A DNA stretch of 57,665 bases, counting the filler, from Squalus acanthias (lineage: Eukaryota): NCBI GenBank assembly GCA_030390025.1. It is 4 parts of 4 records of this genome, joined end to end, with 100 filler letters (N's around TTAATTAATTAA, not from the genome) between each part and the next. Parts side by side here need not be neighbours in the genome. Positions count along the whole stretch, not along the records: positions 23,463 to 52,820 come from CM059452.1; 3 more parts are not named here. One strand, given 5' to 3'. Below, in pieces: positions 35,901 through 50,300 of the stretch. Every line of letters begins with the position of its first letter. The first letter of the stretch is position 1. The notes beneath the pieces are model-generated. The model did no database searches. It saw only the letters and a list, made by a program, of their open reading frames with translations, and had not been told where the DNA came from. A program made the translations under genes and the position numbers.

Positions 35901-38900
35901 TGACATCACACACAGCCCCCTCCCTGGGACAGCTCAGAGTCAGACACTGAACACACTGCACCCACAGTGACATCACAAACTGCCCCCTCCCTGGGACAGC
36001 TCAGAGTCAGACACTGAACACACTGCACCCACAGTGACATCACACACTGCTCCATCCCTGGGACAGCCCAGGGTCAGACACTGAACACACTGCACCCACA
36101 GTGACATCACACATAAGAAAATAAGCACATAAGAAATAGGAGCAGGAGTAGACCAATCGGCCCCTCGAATCTGCTCCGCCATTCAATGAGATCATGGCTG
36201 ATCTGATCCAACCTCAACTCTAAAGAACACAAGAAGCAGGAGCAGGACCAGGCCACTCGGCTCCGCCACCCACAGGGCCTTGACCGATCCGAACTCAAAC
36301 TCATGTCCAATTTCCAGCCCGCTACCCGTAACCCCTGATTCCCTTTACTTCTAGGAAACGATCTATTTCTGTTTTAAATTTATTTAATGAAGTAGCTTCC
36401 ACAGCATCCTGGGGTAGCAAATTCCACAGACCCACTACCCTCTGAGTGAAAAAGTTTCTCCTCATCTCAGTTTTGAAAGAGGAGCCCCTTATTCTAAGAT
36501 TATGTCCCCTAGTTCTAGTTTCACCCATCATTGGGAACATCCTTACCGCGTCCACCCGATCAAGCCCCTTCACAATCTTATATGTTTCAATAAGATCGCC
36601 TCTCATTCTTCTGAACTCCAATGAGTAGAGTCCCAATCTACTCAACCTCTCTCGTATGTCCACACCCTCATCCCCGGAATTAACCGAGTGAACCTTCTTT
36701 GTACTGCCTCGAGAGCAAGTATGTCTTTTCTTATTTATGGACACCAAAACTGTATGCAGTGCTCCAGGTGCGGTCTCACCAATACCCTATACAACTGCAG
36801 CAATACCTCCCTGTTTTTATATTCTATCCCCCTAGTAATAAAAGCCAACATTCCATTGGCTTTCTTGATCACCTGCTGCACCTGCGTACTAACTTTTTGA
36901 TTTTCTTGCACCAAGACCCCCAGATCCCTTTGTACTGCAGTACTTTCCAGTTTCTCGCCATTAAGATGATAACTTGTTCTCTGATTTTTCCTGCCAAACT
37001 GCATAACCTCACATTTTCCAATATTGTATTGCATCTGCCAAATCTCTGCCCACTCTCCCAGCCTGTCTATATCCCCTTGTAGGTTTTTTTATGTCCTCCT
37101 CACTCTCTACTTTCCCTCCCATCTTTGTATCATCTGCAAACTTTGATATGTTACACTCGGTCCCCTCCTCCAAATCGTTAATATAGATTGTAAAGAGTTA
37201 GGGACCCAGCACCGACCCCTGCGGAACACCACTGGCTACTGGTTGCCAGTCCGAGAATGAACCATTTATCCCAACTCTCTGCTTCCTGTTAGATAACCAA
37301 TCCTCCACCCATGCCAGAATATTACCCCCAATTGGTCCCTCCCTGGGGAAGCTCAGAGTCAGAACATGAAATACTGCATTCAGAGTGAAATCACACACTG
37401 CCCCCTCCCTGGGACAGCACAGGATCAGACACTGACAATACTGCACACACAGAAACTTCACATACTGCCCCCTTCCTGAGGTAGCTCAGAGTCAGACACT
37501 GAACACACTGCACCCACTGTTACATCACACACTGTTCACTCCCTTGGGCAGCTCCGGGTCAGACACTGACAATACTGCACCCACAGTAACTTCACTTGCT
37601 GCCCCCTCCCTGGGGTTGCTCAGAGTCAGACACTGGACATACTGCACAGCACATTGACAACACAGACTGTTCCCTCCCTGGGGCAGCTCAGGGTAATACA
37701 CTGAACATGCTGTAGTCCAGAGCAACATCTCACACTGCCCTCTATCTGGGGCAGCTCATTATCAGACATTGAACATACGGCACCCACACTGACATCACAC
37801 AATGTCCCCTCACTGGGACCGCTCAGACTCAGACACTGAACACACTGCACCCACAGTGACCTCACACACTGCCCCCTCCCTGGGACAGCTCAGAGTCAGA
37901 CTCTGAACACACTGCACCAACAGTGACATCACACACTGCCCCCTCCCTCCGTCTGCTCAGTGCCAGACACTGAACATACTGCACCCACAGTGACATCACA
38001 CACTGCCCCCTCCCTGGGGCTGCTCAGGGTCAGACACTGAACATGCTCTAGTCCACAGGAACATCACACAATGCCCACTCTCTGGGGCAGCTCTTTATCA
38101 GACACTGAACATACTGTACCCACAGTGACATCAAAAAATTTCCCCTCCTTGCGGTACCTCAGGGTGAAACATTGACAATACTGCACCCACAGTAACATCA
38201 CACAATGTCCGCTCCCTGGGACAGCTCAGAGTCAGACACTGAATATACTGCACCAAGAGTGAAATCAATCACTGCCCCCTCCCTGGGACAGCTCCGAGTC
38301 AGACACTGAACATACTGCACCCACAGTGACATCACACACTGCCCCCTCCCTGGGGCAGCTCAGAGTCAGACACTGAACACACTGCACCCACAGTGACATC
38401 ACACACTGACCCCTCCCTGGGACAGCTCAGGGTCAGACACTGATCATACCGAACCCACAGTGACATCGAAAACTGCCCCCTCCCTGGGTTAGCTCATTGT
38501 CAGACAGTGAACATACTGCACACAGAGTGACATCACACACTCCATCCTTCCTGGGGAAGCTCAGAGACAGAACCTGAAATACTGCATTCAGAGTGAAATC
38601 ACACACTTTCTACTCCCTGTGGCAGCACAGTGTCAGACACGGACAATACTGCACCGACAGTAACTTCACATACTGCCCCCTCCCTGGGTTAGCTCAGAGT
38701 CAGACACTGAACAGACTGCACCCAGAGTGACATCAATCACTGCCCGCTCCATGGGGCAGCTCAGGGTCAGACAATGAACATACTGCACCGACAGTAAGTT
38801 CACATACTGCCCCCTGCCTGGGGTAGCTCAGAGTCAGACACGGAAAATACTGCACCCCACAGTAACATCAAACACTGTTCACTCCCTGAGGCAGCTAAGG

Positions 38901-41900
38901 GTCCGACAATGAACATGCTGTACCCCACAGGAACATCACACACTGCCCCCTCTCTGGGGCAGCTCATTATCAGACAATGAACATACGGTGTCCACAGTGA
39001 CTTAACAAACTTTCCCCTCCTTGGGGCAGATCAGAGTCAGACAATAAAAATATTGCACCCACAGTGACATCACAAACTTCGCCCTCCCTGGGGAAGCTCA
39101 GGGTCAAACTCTAACCATACTGCACCCACAGTAACATCACACAATGTCCCCTCCCTGGGGCAGCTCAGGGTCAATCTACGAACATACTACAGACATAGGG
39201 ACAACAAAAACTGCCCACTCCCTGGGACAGCTCAGAGTCAGCCACTGAACATACCGCACCCACAGTGAGATCACACACTGCCCCCTCCCTGGGACAGCTC
39301 AGAGTCAGACACTGAACACACTCCATCAACAGTGACATCACACACTGCCCCCTCCCTGGGACAGCTCAAGGTCAGACACTGAACAAACTGCACACACAGT
39401 GACATCACACAGTGTCCCCTCCCTGGGACAGCTCAGAGTCAGACACTGAACACACTGCACCCTTAGTGACATCACACACTGTACCTTACCTGGGACAGCT
39501 CACAGTCAGATACTGAACCGACTGCACCCACAGTGACATCACACACTGCCACCTCCCTGGGACAGCTCAGAGTCAGACACTTAACATACTGCACCCACAG
39601 TGACATCACACACTGCCCCCTCCCTGGGACAGCTCAGAGTCAGACACTGAACATACCGCACCCACAGTGACATCACACACTGCCCCCTCCCTGGGACAGC
39701 TCAGGGTCAGCCACTGAACATACTGCACCCAAAGTGACATCACACACTGCCCCCTCCCTGGGACAGCTCAGAGTCAAACACTGAACACACTGCACCCACA
39801 GTGATATCACACACTGCCCCCTCCCTGGGACAGCTCAGGAACAGACACTGAACATACTGCACCGACAGTGACATCACACACTGCCCACTCCCTGGGGCAG
39901 CTCAGATTCAGACACTGAACGCACTGCACCCACAGTGACATCACACACTGCCCCCTCCCTCCGGCTGCTCAGCGCCAGAAACTGAACATACTGCACCCAC
40001 AGTGACATCACAGACTGCCCCCTTCCTGGGACAGCTCAGAGTCAGACACTGAACATACTGCACCCCACAGTGGCATCATACACTGCCCCCTCTCTGGGGC
40101 AGCTCTTTATCAGACACTGAACATAATGTACCCACAGTGACATCAAAAACATTCCCCTCCTTGCGGCACCTCAGGGTGAAACTTTGACAATACTGCACCC
40201 ACAGTAACATCACACAATGTCCCCTCCCTGGGGCAGCTCATGATCAGTCTATGAACATACTTCACCCACAGGGACATCACGCACTGCCCCCTTCCTTAGA
40301 CAGCTCAGAGTCAGACACTGAATATACTGCACCAAAAGTGAAATCAAACACTGCCCCCTCCCTGGGACAGCTCAGATTCAGACACTGAACATACTGCACC
40401 CACAGTGACATCACACAATGCCCACTCCCTGGGACAGCTCAGAGTCAGACACTGAACACATTGCACCCACACTGACATCGCACACTGTCCCCTCCCTGGG
40501 ACAGCTCAGAATCAGACACTGAACACATTGCACCCACACTGACATCGCACACTGTCCCCTCCCTGGGACAGCTCAGAGTCAGACACTGAACATACTGCAC
40601 CCACAGGGACATCACACACTGCCCCCTCCCTGGGACAGCTCAGTGTCAGACACTGGACAATCTGCACCCGCAGTGACATCACACACTGCCCCCTCCCTGG
40701 GACAGCTCAGTGTCAGACACTGAACACACTACACCCACAGTGACATCACACACTGCCCCCTCCCTGGGACAGCTCAGAGTCAGACACTGAATATACTGCA
40801 CCCACAGTGACATCACACACTGCCCCCTCCCTGGGACAGCTCAGAGTCAGACACTGAATACACTGCACCAACAGTGACATCACACACTGCCCCCTCCCTG
40901 GGACAGCTCAGGGTCAGACATTGAACATACCGCACCCACAGTGATATGACACATTGCCCACTCCCTGGGGCAGCTCAGATCCAGACAATGAACATACTGC
41001 ACCCCACAGTGAGATCACACACTTCCACCTCCCTGGGGCAGCTCAGGGACAGGCACTGAACATACTGCACCCCACAGTGAGATCCCACACTGTCCCCTCC
41101 CTGGGGCAGCACAGAGTCAGACAGTGAACCTACAGCACCCACGGTAACATCACAAACTGCCCACTCCCTGGGGCAGCTTAGAGGCAGTCACTTATCATAT
41201 TGCATCCACAGGGACATCAAACACTAAAACTCCTTGGGGCAGCAGAAAAATGTCAGACACTGAATATCTTGCAACCCACAGTGACATCACACACAGTCCC
41301 CTCCCGGGGGGTGCTCATTATCAGACACTGAACATACTGTACCCGCTGTGATATCATACACTTCCCCTTCCCTGGGGCAGCACCGAGTCAGACACAGATA
41401 TACTGCATTCACAGTGAAATCACAAACTTCCCCTTCCCTGGGGCAGCACAGTTCAGCAACTGACAATACTGAACCCACAGTAAATTCACATACTGCCCCC
41501 ACCCTGGGGTAGCTCAGAATCAGAAACTGAACATACTGCACCCACAGTGACATCACACACTGCCCCCTCCCTCGGACAGCTCAAAGTCAGACACTTTACA
41601 TACTGCACCCACAGGGACATCACACACTGAACCTTCCTGGAGCAGCAAACAGTCAGACACAGAATATACTGCAACCACAGTGACATCACAAAATTCCAGT
41701 CCCTGGGGCTGCTCAGGTTCACAGATAGAACTTACTGCACCCACAGGGACATCACCCACTGCCCCCTCCCTGGGGCAGCTCAGAATCAGACACTGAACAC
41801 ACTGCACCCACAGTGACATCACACACTGCCCCCTCCCTGGGGCAGCTCAGAGTCAGACACTGAACACACTGCACCCAAAGGGACATCACACACTGCCCCC

Positions 41901-44900
41901 TCCCTGGGGCAGCTCAGAGTCAGACACTGAACACACTGCACCCACAGTGACATCACACACTGCCCCATCCCTGGCACAGCTCAGGGTCAGTCACAGAAAA
42001 CACTGCACCCACAGTGACATCACACACTTGCACCTCCCTCCGGCTGCTCAGTGCCAGACACTGAACATACTGCACCCACAGTGACATCACACACTGCCCC
42101 CTCCCTGGGGCAGCTCAGAGTCAGACACTGAACATACTGCACCCCACAGTGGGATCATACACTGCCCCCTCCCTGGGGCAGCTCAGTGTCAGACACTGAA
42201 CATGCTGCAGTCCACAGGAACATCACACAATGCCCCCTCTCTGGGGCAGCTCTTTATCAGACACTGAACATACTGTACCCACAGTGACATCAAAAACATT
42301 CCCCTCCTTGTGGCACCTCAGAGTGAAACATTGACAATACTGCACCCACAGTAACATCACACAGTGTCCCCTCCCTGGGGCATCTCAGGATCAGTCTATG
42401 AACATACTTCACCCATAGGGACATCAGACACTGCCGCCTCCCTGGGACAGCTCAGAGTCAGAAAACTGAATATACTGCACCAAGTGTGAAATCAAACACT
42501 TCCCCCTCCTTGGGACAGCTCAGAGTCAGACACTGAACATACTGCACCCACAGTGACATCACACACTGCCCCCTCCCTGGGACAGCTCAGAGTCAGACAC
42601 TGAACACACTGCACCCACAGTCACATCACACACTGACCCCTCCCTGGGACAGCTCAGGGTCAGACACTGATCATACCGAACCCACAGTGACATCAAAAAC
42701 TGCCCCCTCCCTGGGTTAGCTCATTGACAGACAGTGAACATACTGCACACAGAGTGACATCACACATTCCATCCTTCCTGGGGAAGCTCAGAGACAGAAC
42801 CTGAAATATTGCATTCAGAGTGAAATCACACACTTTCTACTCCCTGTGGTAGCACAGTGTCAGACACGGACAATACTGCACCGACAGTAACTTCACATAC
42901 TGCCCCCTCCCTGGCTTAGCTCAGAGTCAGACACTGAACAGACTGCATCCACAGTGACATCAATCACTGCCCGCTCCATGGGGCAGCTCAGGGTCAGACA
43001 ATGAACATACTGCACCGACAATAACTTCACATACTGCCCCCTGCCTGGGGTAGCTCAGAGTCAGACACGGAAAATACTGCACCCCACAGTAACATCAAAC
43101 ACTGTTCACTCCCTGAGGCAGCTAAGGGTCCGACAATGAACATGCTGTACCCCACAGGAACATCACACACTGCCCCCTCTCTGGGGCAGCTCATAATCAG
43201 ACAATGAACATACGGTGTCCACAGTGACTTAACAAACTTTCCCCTCCTTGGGGCAGATCAGAGTCAGACAATAAAAATATTGCACCCACAGTGACATCAC
43301 ACACTTCGCCCTCCCTGGGGAAGCTCAGGGTCAAACTCTAACCATACTGCACCCACAGTAACATCACACAATGTCCCCTCCCTGGGGCAGCTCAGGGTCA
43401 ATCTACGAAAATACTACAGACATAGGGACAACAAAAACTGCCCACTCCCTGGGACAGCTCAGAGTCAGCCACTGAACATACCGCACCCACAGTGAGATCA
43501 CACACTGCCCCCTCCCTGGGACAGCTCAGAGTCAGACACTGAACATACTGCATCAACAGTGACATCACACACTGCCCCCTCCCTGGGACAGCTCAAGGTC
43601 AGACACTGAACAAACTGCACACACAGTGACATCATACACTGTCCCCTCCCTGGGACAGCTCAGAGTCAGACACTGAACACACTGCACCCTTAGTGACATC
43701 ACACACTGTACCTTACCTGGGGCAGCTCAGAGTCAGATACTGAACCGACTGCACCCATAGGGACATCACACACTGTCCCCTCCCTGGGACAGCTCAGAGT
43801 CAGACAGTGAACACACTGCACCCACAGTGACATCACACACTGCCCCCTCCCTGCGATGGCTCAGAGTCAGACAATGAACACACTGCACCCACAGTGACAT
43901 CACACACTGCCCCCTCCCTGGGACAGCTCAGAGTCAGACACTGAACAAACCGCACCCACAGTGACATCACACACTGCCCCCTCCCTGGGACAGCTCAGGG
44001 TCAGCCACTGAACATACTTTCCCCAAAGTGACATCACACACTGCCCCCTCCCTAGGACAGCTCAGAGTCAGACACTGAACACACTGCACCCTTAGTGACA
44101 TCACACACTGTACCTTACCTGGGGCAGCTCAGAGTCAGATACTGAACCGACTGCACCCATAGGGACATCACACACTGCCCCCTCCCTGGGACAGCTCAGA
44201 GTCAGACAGTGAACACACTGCACCCACAGTGACATCACACACTGCCCCCTCCCTGCGATTCCTCAGAGTCAGACAGTGAACACACTGCACCCACAGTGAC
44301 ATCACACACTGCCCCCTCCCTGGGACAGCTCAGGGTCAGCCACTGAACATACTTCACCCAAAGTGACATCACACACTGCCCCCTCCCTGGGACAGCTCAG
44401 GAACAGTCACTGAACATACTGCACCGACAGTGACATCACACACTGCCCTCTCCCTGGGGCAGCTCAGATTCAGACACTGAACGCACTGCACCCCACAGTG
44501 GCTTCATACACTGCCCCCTCTCTGGGGCAGCTCTTTATCAGACACTGAACATAATGTACCCACAGTGACATCACAGACTGCCCCCTTCCTGGGACAGCTC
44601 AGAGTCAGACACTGAACATACTGCACCCCACAGTGGCTTCATACACTGCCCCCTCTCTGGGGCAGCTCTTTATCAGACACTGAACATAATGTACCCACAG
44701 TGACATCAAAAACATTCCCCTCCTTGCGGCACCGCAGGGTGAAACTTTGACAATACTGCACCCACAGTAACATCACACAATGTCCCCTCCCTGGGGCAGC
44801 TCATGATCAGTCTATGAACATACTTCACCCACAGGGACATCACGCACTGCCCCCTTCCTTAGACAGCTCAGAGTCAGACACTGAATATACTGCACCAAAA

Positions 44901-47206
44901 GTGAAATCAAACACTGCCCCCTCCCTGGGACAGCTCAGATTCAGACACTGAACATACTGCACCCACAGTGACATCACACACTGCCCCCTCCCTGGGACAG
45001 CTCAGAGTCAGACACTGAACACATTGCACCCACACTGACATCGCACACTGTCCCCTCCCTGGGACAGCTCAGAGTCAGACACTGAACATACTGCACCCAC
45101 AGGGACATCACACACTGCCCCCTCCCTGGGACAGCTCAGTGTCAGACACTGGACAATCTGCACCCGCAGTGACATCACACACTGCCCCCTCCCTGGGACA
45201 GCTCAGTGTCAGACACTGAACACACTACACCCACAGTGACATCACACACTGCCCCCTCCCTGGGACAGCTCATAGTCAGACACTGAACATACTGCACCCG
45301 CAGTGACATCACACACTGCCCCCTCCCTGGGACAGCTCAGTGTCAGACACTGAACATACCGCACCCACAGTGACATCACACACTGTCCCCTCCCTGGGAC
45401 AGCTCAGAGTCAGACACTGAACACACTGCACCCACAGTGAGCTCACACACTGCCCCCTCCTTGGGGCAGCTCAGAGTAAGACATTGAACACACTGCACCT
45501 ACAGTGAGATCACACACTGCCCCCTTCTTGGTGCAGCTCAGAGTCAGACACTGAACAAACTGCACCCCACAGTGACATCACACACTGCCCGCTCCCTGGG
45601 GCAGCTCAGATTCAGACACTGATCACAATGCACCCACAGTGACATCATACACTGCCCCCTCCCTGGGACAGCTCAGAGTCAGACACTGAACATATTGCAC
45701 CCACAGGGACATCACACACTGAAACTCCCTGGGGCAGCAAACAGTCAGACACAGAATATACAGCATCCACAGTGACATCACACAATTCCCACTCCCTGGG
45801 GCTGCTTAGGTTCAGAGAATGAACATACTGCAGCCACATGGACACCACACACTGCCCCCTCCCTGGGGCAGATCAGAGTCAGACACTGAACATACTGGAC
45901 CCAGAGTGACATCACCAACTTATCACTCCCTGGGGCCGCTCAGAGTCAGACACTGAACATACTGCAACCACAGTGACATCACACAATTCCCACTCCCTGG
46001 GGCTGCTTAGGTTCAGAGAATGAACATACTGCACCCACAGTGACATCACACACTGACCCCTCCCTGGGGCAGCTCATTATCAGACACTGAACATACTGTA
46101 CCCGCTGTGACATCATACACTTCCCCTTCCCTGGGGCAGCACCGAGTCAGACACAGATATACTGCATTCACAGTGAAATCACACACTTCCCCTTCCCTGG
46201 GGCAGCACCGTTCAGGCACTGACAGTACTGCACCCACAGTAAATTCACATACTGCCCCCACCCTGGGGTAGCTCAAAATCAGAAACTGAACATACTGCAT
46301 CCACAGTGACATCACACACTGCCCCCTCCCTCGGACAGCTCAGAGTCAGACACTGAACATACTGCACCCACAGTGACATCACACACTGCCACAACCCTGG
46401 GGCAGCTGAGAATCAGACACTGAACACACTGCACCCACAGTGACATCACACACTGCCCCCTCCCTGGGACAGCTCAGAGTCAGACACTGAACACACTGCA
46501 CCCACAGTGACATCACACACTGCCCCCTCCCTGGGGCAGTTCAGGTTCAGACACTGAACATACTGCACCCACAGGGACATCACACACTGAAACTCCCTGG
46601 GGCAGCAAACAGTCAGACACAGAATATACTGCAACCACAGTAACATCACACAATTCCCACACCCTGGGGCTGCTCAGGTTCAGAGAATGAACATACTGCA
46701 CCCATAGGGACATCACACAGTGGCCCCTTCCTGGGGCAGCTCAGATTCAGACACTGAACATACTGCACCCACAGCGACATCACACACTGACCCCTCCCTG
46801 GGGCATCTCAGGGACAGACACTGAACATACTGCACCAAAAGTGACATCACACACTTGCCCCTCCCTGGGGCAGCACAGAATCAGACAGTGAACATACAGC
46901 ACCCACAGTGACATCACACACGGCCCCCTCCCTTGGTCAGCACTTTTCATACACTGAAAACACTGCAACTCACAGGGACTCACACACTGCCCCCTCCCTG
47001 GGGCAGCTCAGAATCAGACACTTAGCATATTGCACCCCAAGGGGACATCAAAGATTGCCCCTCCCTGGGGCAGCTCAGGGTCAGACACTGAACACACTGC
47101 ACCCCAAAAGACATCACAAACTGTCCCCTCCCTGGGGCAGCTCAGTGTCATACAGTGAATATACTGCATCCTATAGAGGATGCACAAACTGCCCCTCCCT
47201 GGGGGA
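29935..47206. repeat. 67-bp satellite array, ~240 copies, with higher-order duplication
   Basis: Unit cacagtgacatcacacactgccccctccctggggcagctcagagtcagacactgaacatactgcacc; period 67 (e.g. 31561 to 31628). Confidence 0.97.
36111..37332 (-). mobile_element. 5'-truncated CR1 (different subfamily) inserted into the 67-bp satellite
   Basis: RT peptides [28 protein letters not shown]; tail (tttcttatgt)-like repeat; satellite phase continues across it. Confidence 0.95.
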
Positions 47207-47357
47207 GTCACTGCTTGAGGGACTGAAGCCATAATAGGAACTTCTCCCCATCTTCTGGTTATGATACCTGTAGATTCTGACTCTGGCGGGGGCAAACATT
47301 CTTAACGACCATTATGAATTCCCACCACAAACTCAGGAAATGTGCTCCTCTTACAGA

Positions 47358-50300
47358 CTCAGTCAGGTCCAGACCGCCTCACCGGTCCATGTCCCAGACT
47401 ACACCAGAACCTCTCACCAGACACTGACCTAGATAGTACCAGATCATCCTTCACCAACCACAGACCAGACTGAACAAAACGCTCCCTCACCGAGCCCTCC
47501 CCCAACCTAAATCAGACAACCCTCACCAGTCCCTTTCCCAGACTAAAACAGAACTTCCCTCACCAGAAACTGTCCGAAACTGAACCAGACATTCCATCAC
47601 CAGAAACCGCCTCACACTGAATCAGACCCTAACACACGAGCCCCTGTCCCAGACTGAACCAACACTCCCACATCAGTCACTGTACCAAACTGAAACACAA
47701 CCTCCCTCACCAGCCCCTGAACCAGATTCTCCCTCACAGCCCCTGTCCCAGACTGGACTAGACTCTCCCTCACCATTCCCTGGCCCAGACTGAACAAGAC
47801 CATCACTCATCAGTCCCTGTCCCATACTGAACAAAACCCTCCCTCAACAGTTCCTGTCCCAGACTGAACAAGACCCTCCCTCAACAGTTCCTGTCCCAGA
47901 CTGAACAAGACCCTCCCTCAACAGTTCCTGTCCCAGACTGAACAAGACCCTCCCTCAACAGTCCCTGTCCCAGACTGAACGATTCCCTCTCTCGCAAGCC
48001 CCTGTCCCAGATTTCACCAGACCCTGTTTCACCAGTCCCTGTTCCAGACTTAACCACACCCTGACACACAAGCCGCTGTCCCAGACTGAAGCAGAACCTC
48101 CCTCACCAGTCCCTGTCCCAGACTGAAACAAACCCTCTCTAACCAGCCTCTGCCCCAGACTGAACCAGACCCTCCCTCACCAGTCCCTGTCCCAGGCTAA
48201 AACAAAACTTCCCTCACCAGAAACTGTCCGAAACTGAACCAGACACTCCATCACCAGAAACTGCCTCACACTGAACTAGACACTAACACATCAGCCCCTG
48301 TTCCAGACTGAACCAACACTTCCACATCATTCACTGTCCCAAACTGAAACACACCATCACTCACCAGCCCCTGAACCAGATTCTCCCTCACAAGTCACTG
48401 TCCCAGAGTGAACCAGACCCTCACCACCAGCCCCTGAACCAGATTCACCCTCACCAGTCCCTGTCCCAGACTGAAACAGAACTACACTCACAGCCCCTGT
48501 CCCAGACTGAACCTGACCATCCCTCGCAGCCTCTGTCACAGACTGAACCAGACCTACCCTCACCAGTCACTGTCCCAGACTGAAACAGACATACACTCAC
48601 CAACCCTTGTCCCAGACTGAACCTGAACATCCCTCGCAGCCTCTGTCACAGACTGAACCAGACCCTCCCTCACCAGCCTCTGTCACAGACTGAACCAGAC
48701 CCTCCCTCACCAGACCCCGTCCCAGACTGAACCAGACCTACCCTCACAGCCCCTGTCCCAGACTGAACCAGACCCTCCCTCACCGGTCCCTATCCCAGAC
48801 TGAAACAGACATACCCTCACCAGACCCTGTCCCAGACTGAACCAGACCTACTCTCACCAGTCCCAATCCCAGACTGAAACAGACATACCCTCACCAGCCC
48901 TTGTCCCAGGCTGAACCTGACCATCCCTCACCAGTCTCTGTCACAGACTGAACCTGACGCTACCTCACCAGCCCCTGTCCCAGACTGAACCAGACCCTCA
49001 CTCACCTGTCCCTGTTCCTGACTGAATCAGACCCACCCTCATCAGTCCCTGTTCTTGACTGAAACAGACGCTCGCCCACCGGTCCCGGTCCCAGATTGAA
49101 CCGGACCCTCCCTCACCGGTCCCGGCCCGAGACAGAAAAATACAGTCCCTCAGCGGCCCATCTACCAGACTGAAACAGACCACTTTCTCACAAGCCGCTG
49201 TCACAGACTGAACCAGACCCTCCGTCATCAGTTCCTGTCCCAGACTGAACTAGACCCTCCGTCACCAAACCCTGTCCCAGACTGAACCAGACCCTCCCTC
49301 ACAATCACTGTACCACACTGAAAAAGACGCCCGTCACCAGTCACTGTCCCAGACTGAACGAGCCCCAACCTCACCAGCCCCTGTTACAGACTGAACCAGA
49401 CACTTCCTCACCAGCCCTTGTCCCAAACTTAACCAGACTCTCCCTCAACAGTCCCTGTCCCAGATTGAAGCAGACACTCCCTCCCCAGACCCTTTCCAGA
49501 CATAACCAGACCATCCCTCAACAGGCCCTATCCCAGACTTAATCAGAGCCTGTCTCACCAGTCCCTCTCCCAGACATAACCAGACCCTCCTTCACCAGTC
49601 CCTATCCCAGACTTAACCAGACCCTGTCTCACCAGTCCCTGTCCCAGACTGAGCCAGAGCTCCGTCACCAGCTCATGTTCCAGACTGAACCAAAGCCTCC
49701 GCCACCAGTCATTGTCCCAGACTGAACCAGATCCTCCATCACTAGCCACTGTTCCAGAGAATGACACCCTCATTCGCCAGTCCCTTTCCCAGACTGAACG
49801 AGACCTTCCCTCCCAGCCCCTGTTCCAGACTGAACCAGATCCTCCCTCACTAGCCGCTGTTCCAGAAAACCAGACCCTCATTCGCGAGTCCATTTCCCAG
49901 ACTGAACCAGACCTTCCCTCATCATCCTTGTCCCAGACTGAACAAGACCCTCCATCACCAGTCCCTTTACAAGACTGATCCAGACCTCCCCTCACCAGTC
50001 CCTGTTCCAGTCTGAACCACATCCGCCCTCACCAGACCCTGTTCCCGAATGAACCAGACCCTCATTCACCAGCCATTATCCCAGACTGAACCAGACCCAC
50101 CCTCCCCAGCCACTGTCCCAGACTAAACCAGACCCACCCTCACATGCCTCTGTGACGGACTGCACCAAACCCTCCCTCAGCAGCCTCTGTCCCAGACTTT
50201 CCCAGACCCTCCCTCACCAGTCCCTGTCCAGACTTAACCAGACCCTCCCTCACCAGTCCCTGTTCCAGATTGAAGCAGAACCCCCTCACCAGTCCCTGTC

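Noticed and set aside
29935-47206. Array of functional RSSs or D segments
   Set aside because: Heptamer only; no A-rich nonamer at 12 or 23 spacing, and no coding segments between units.
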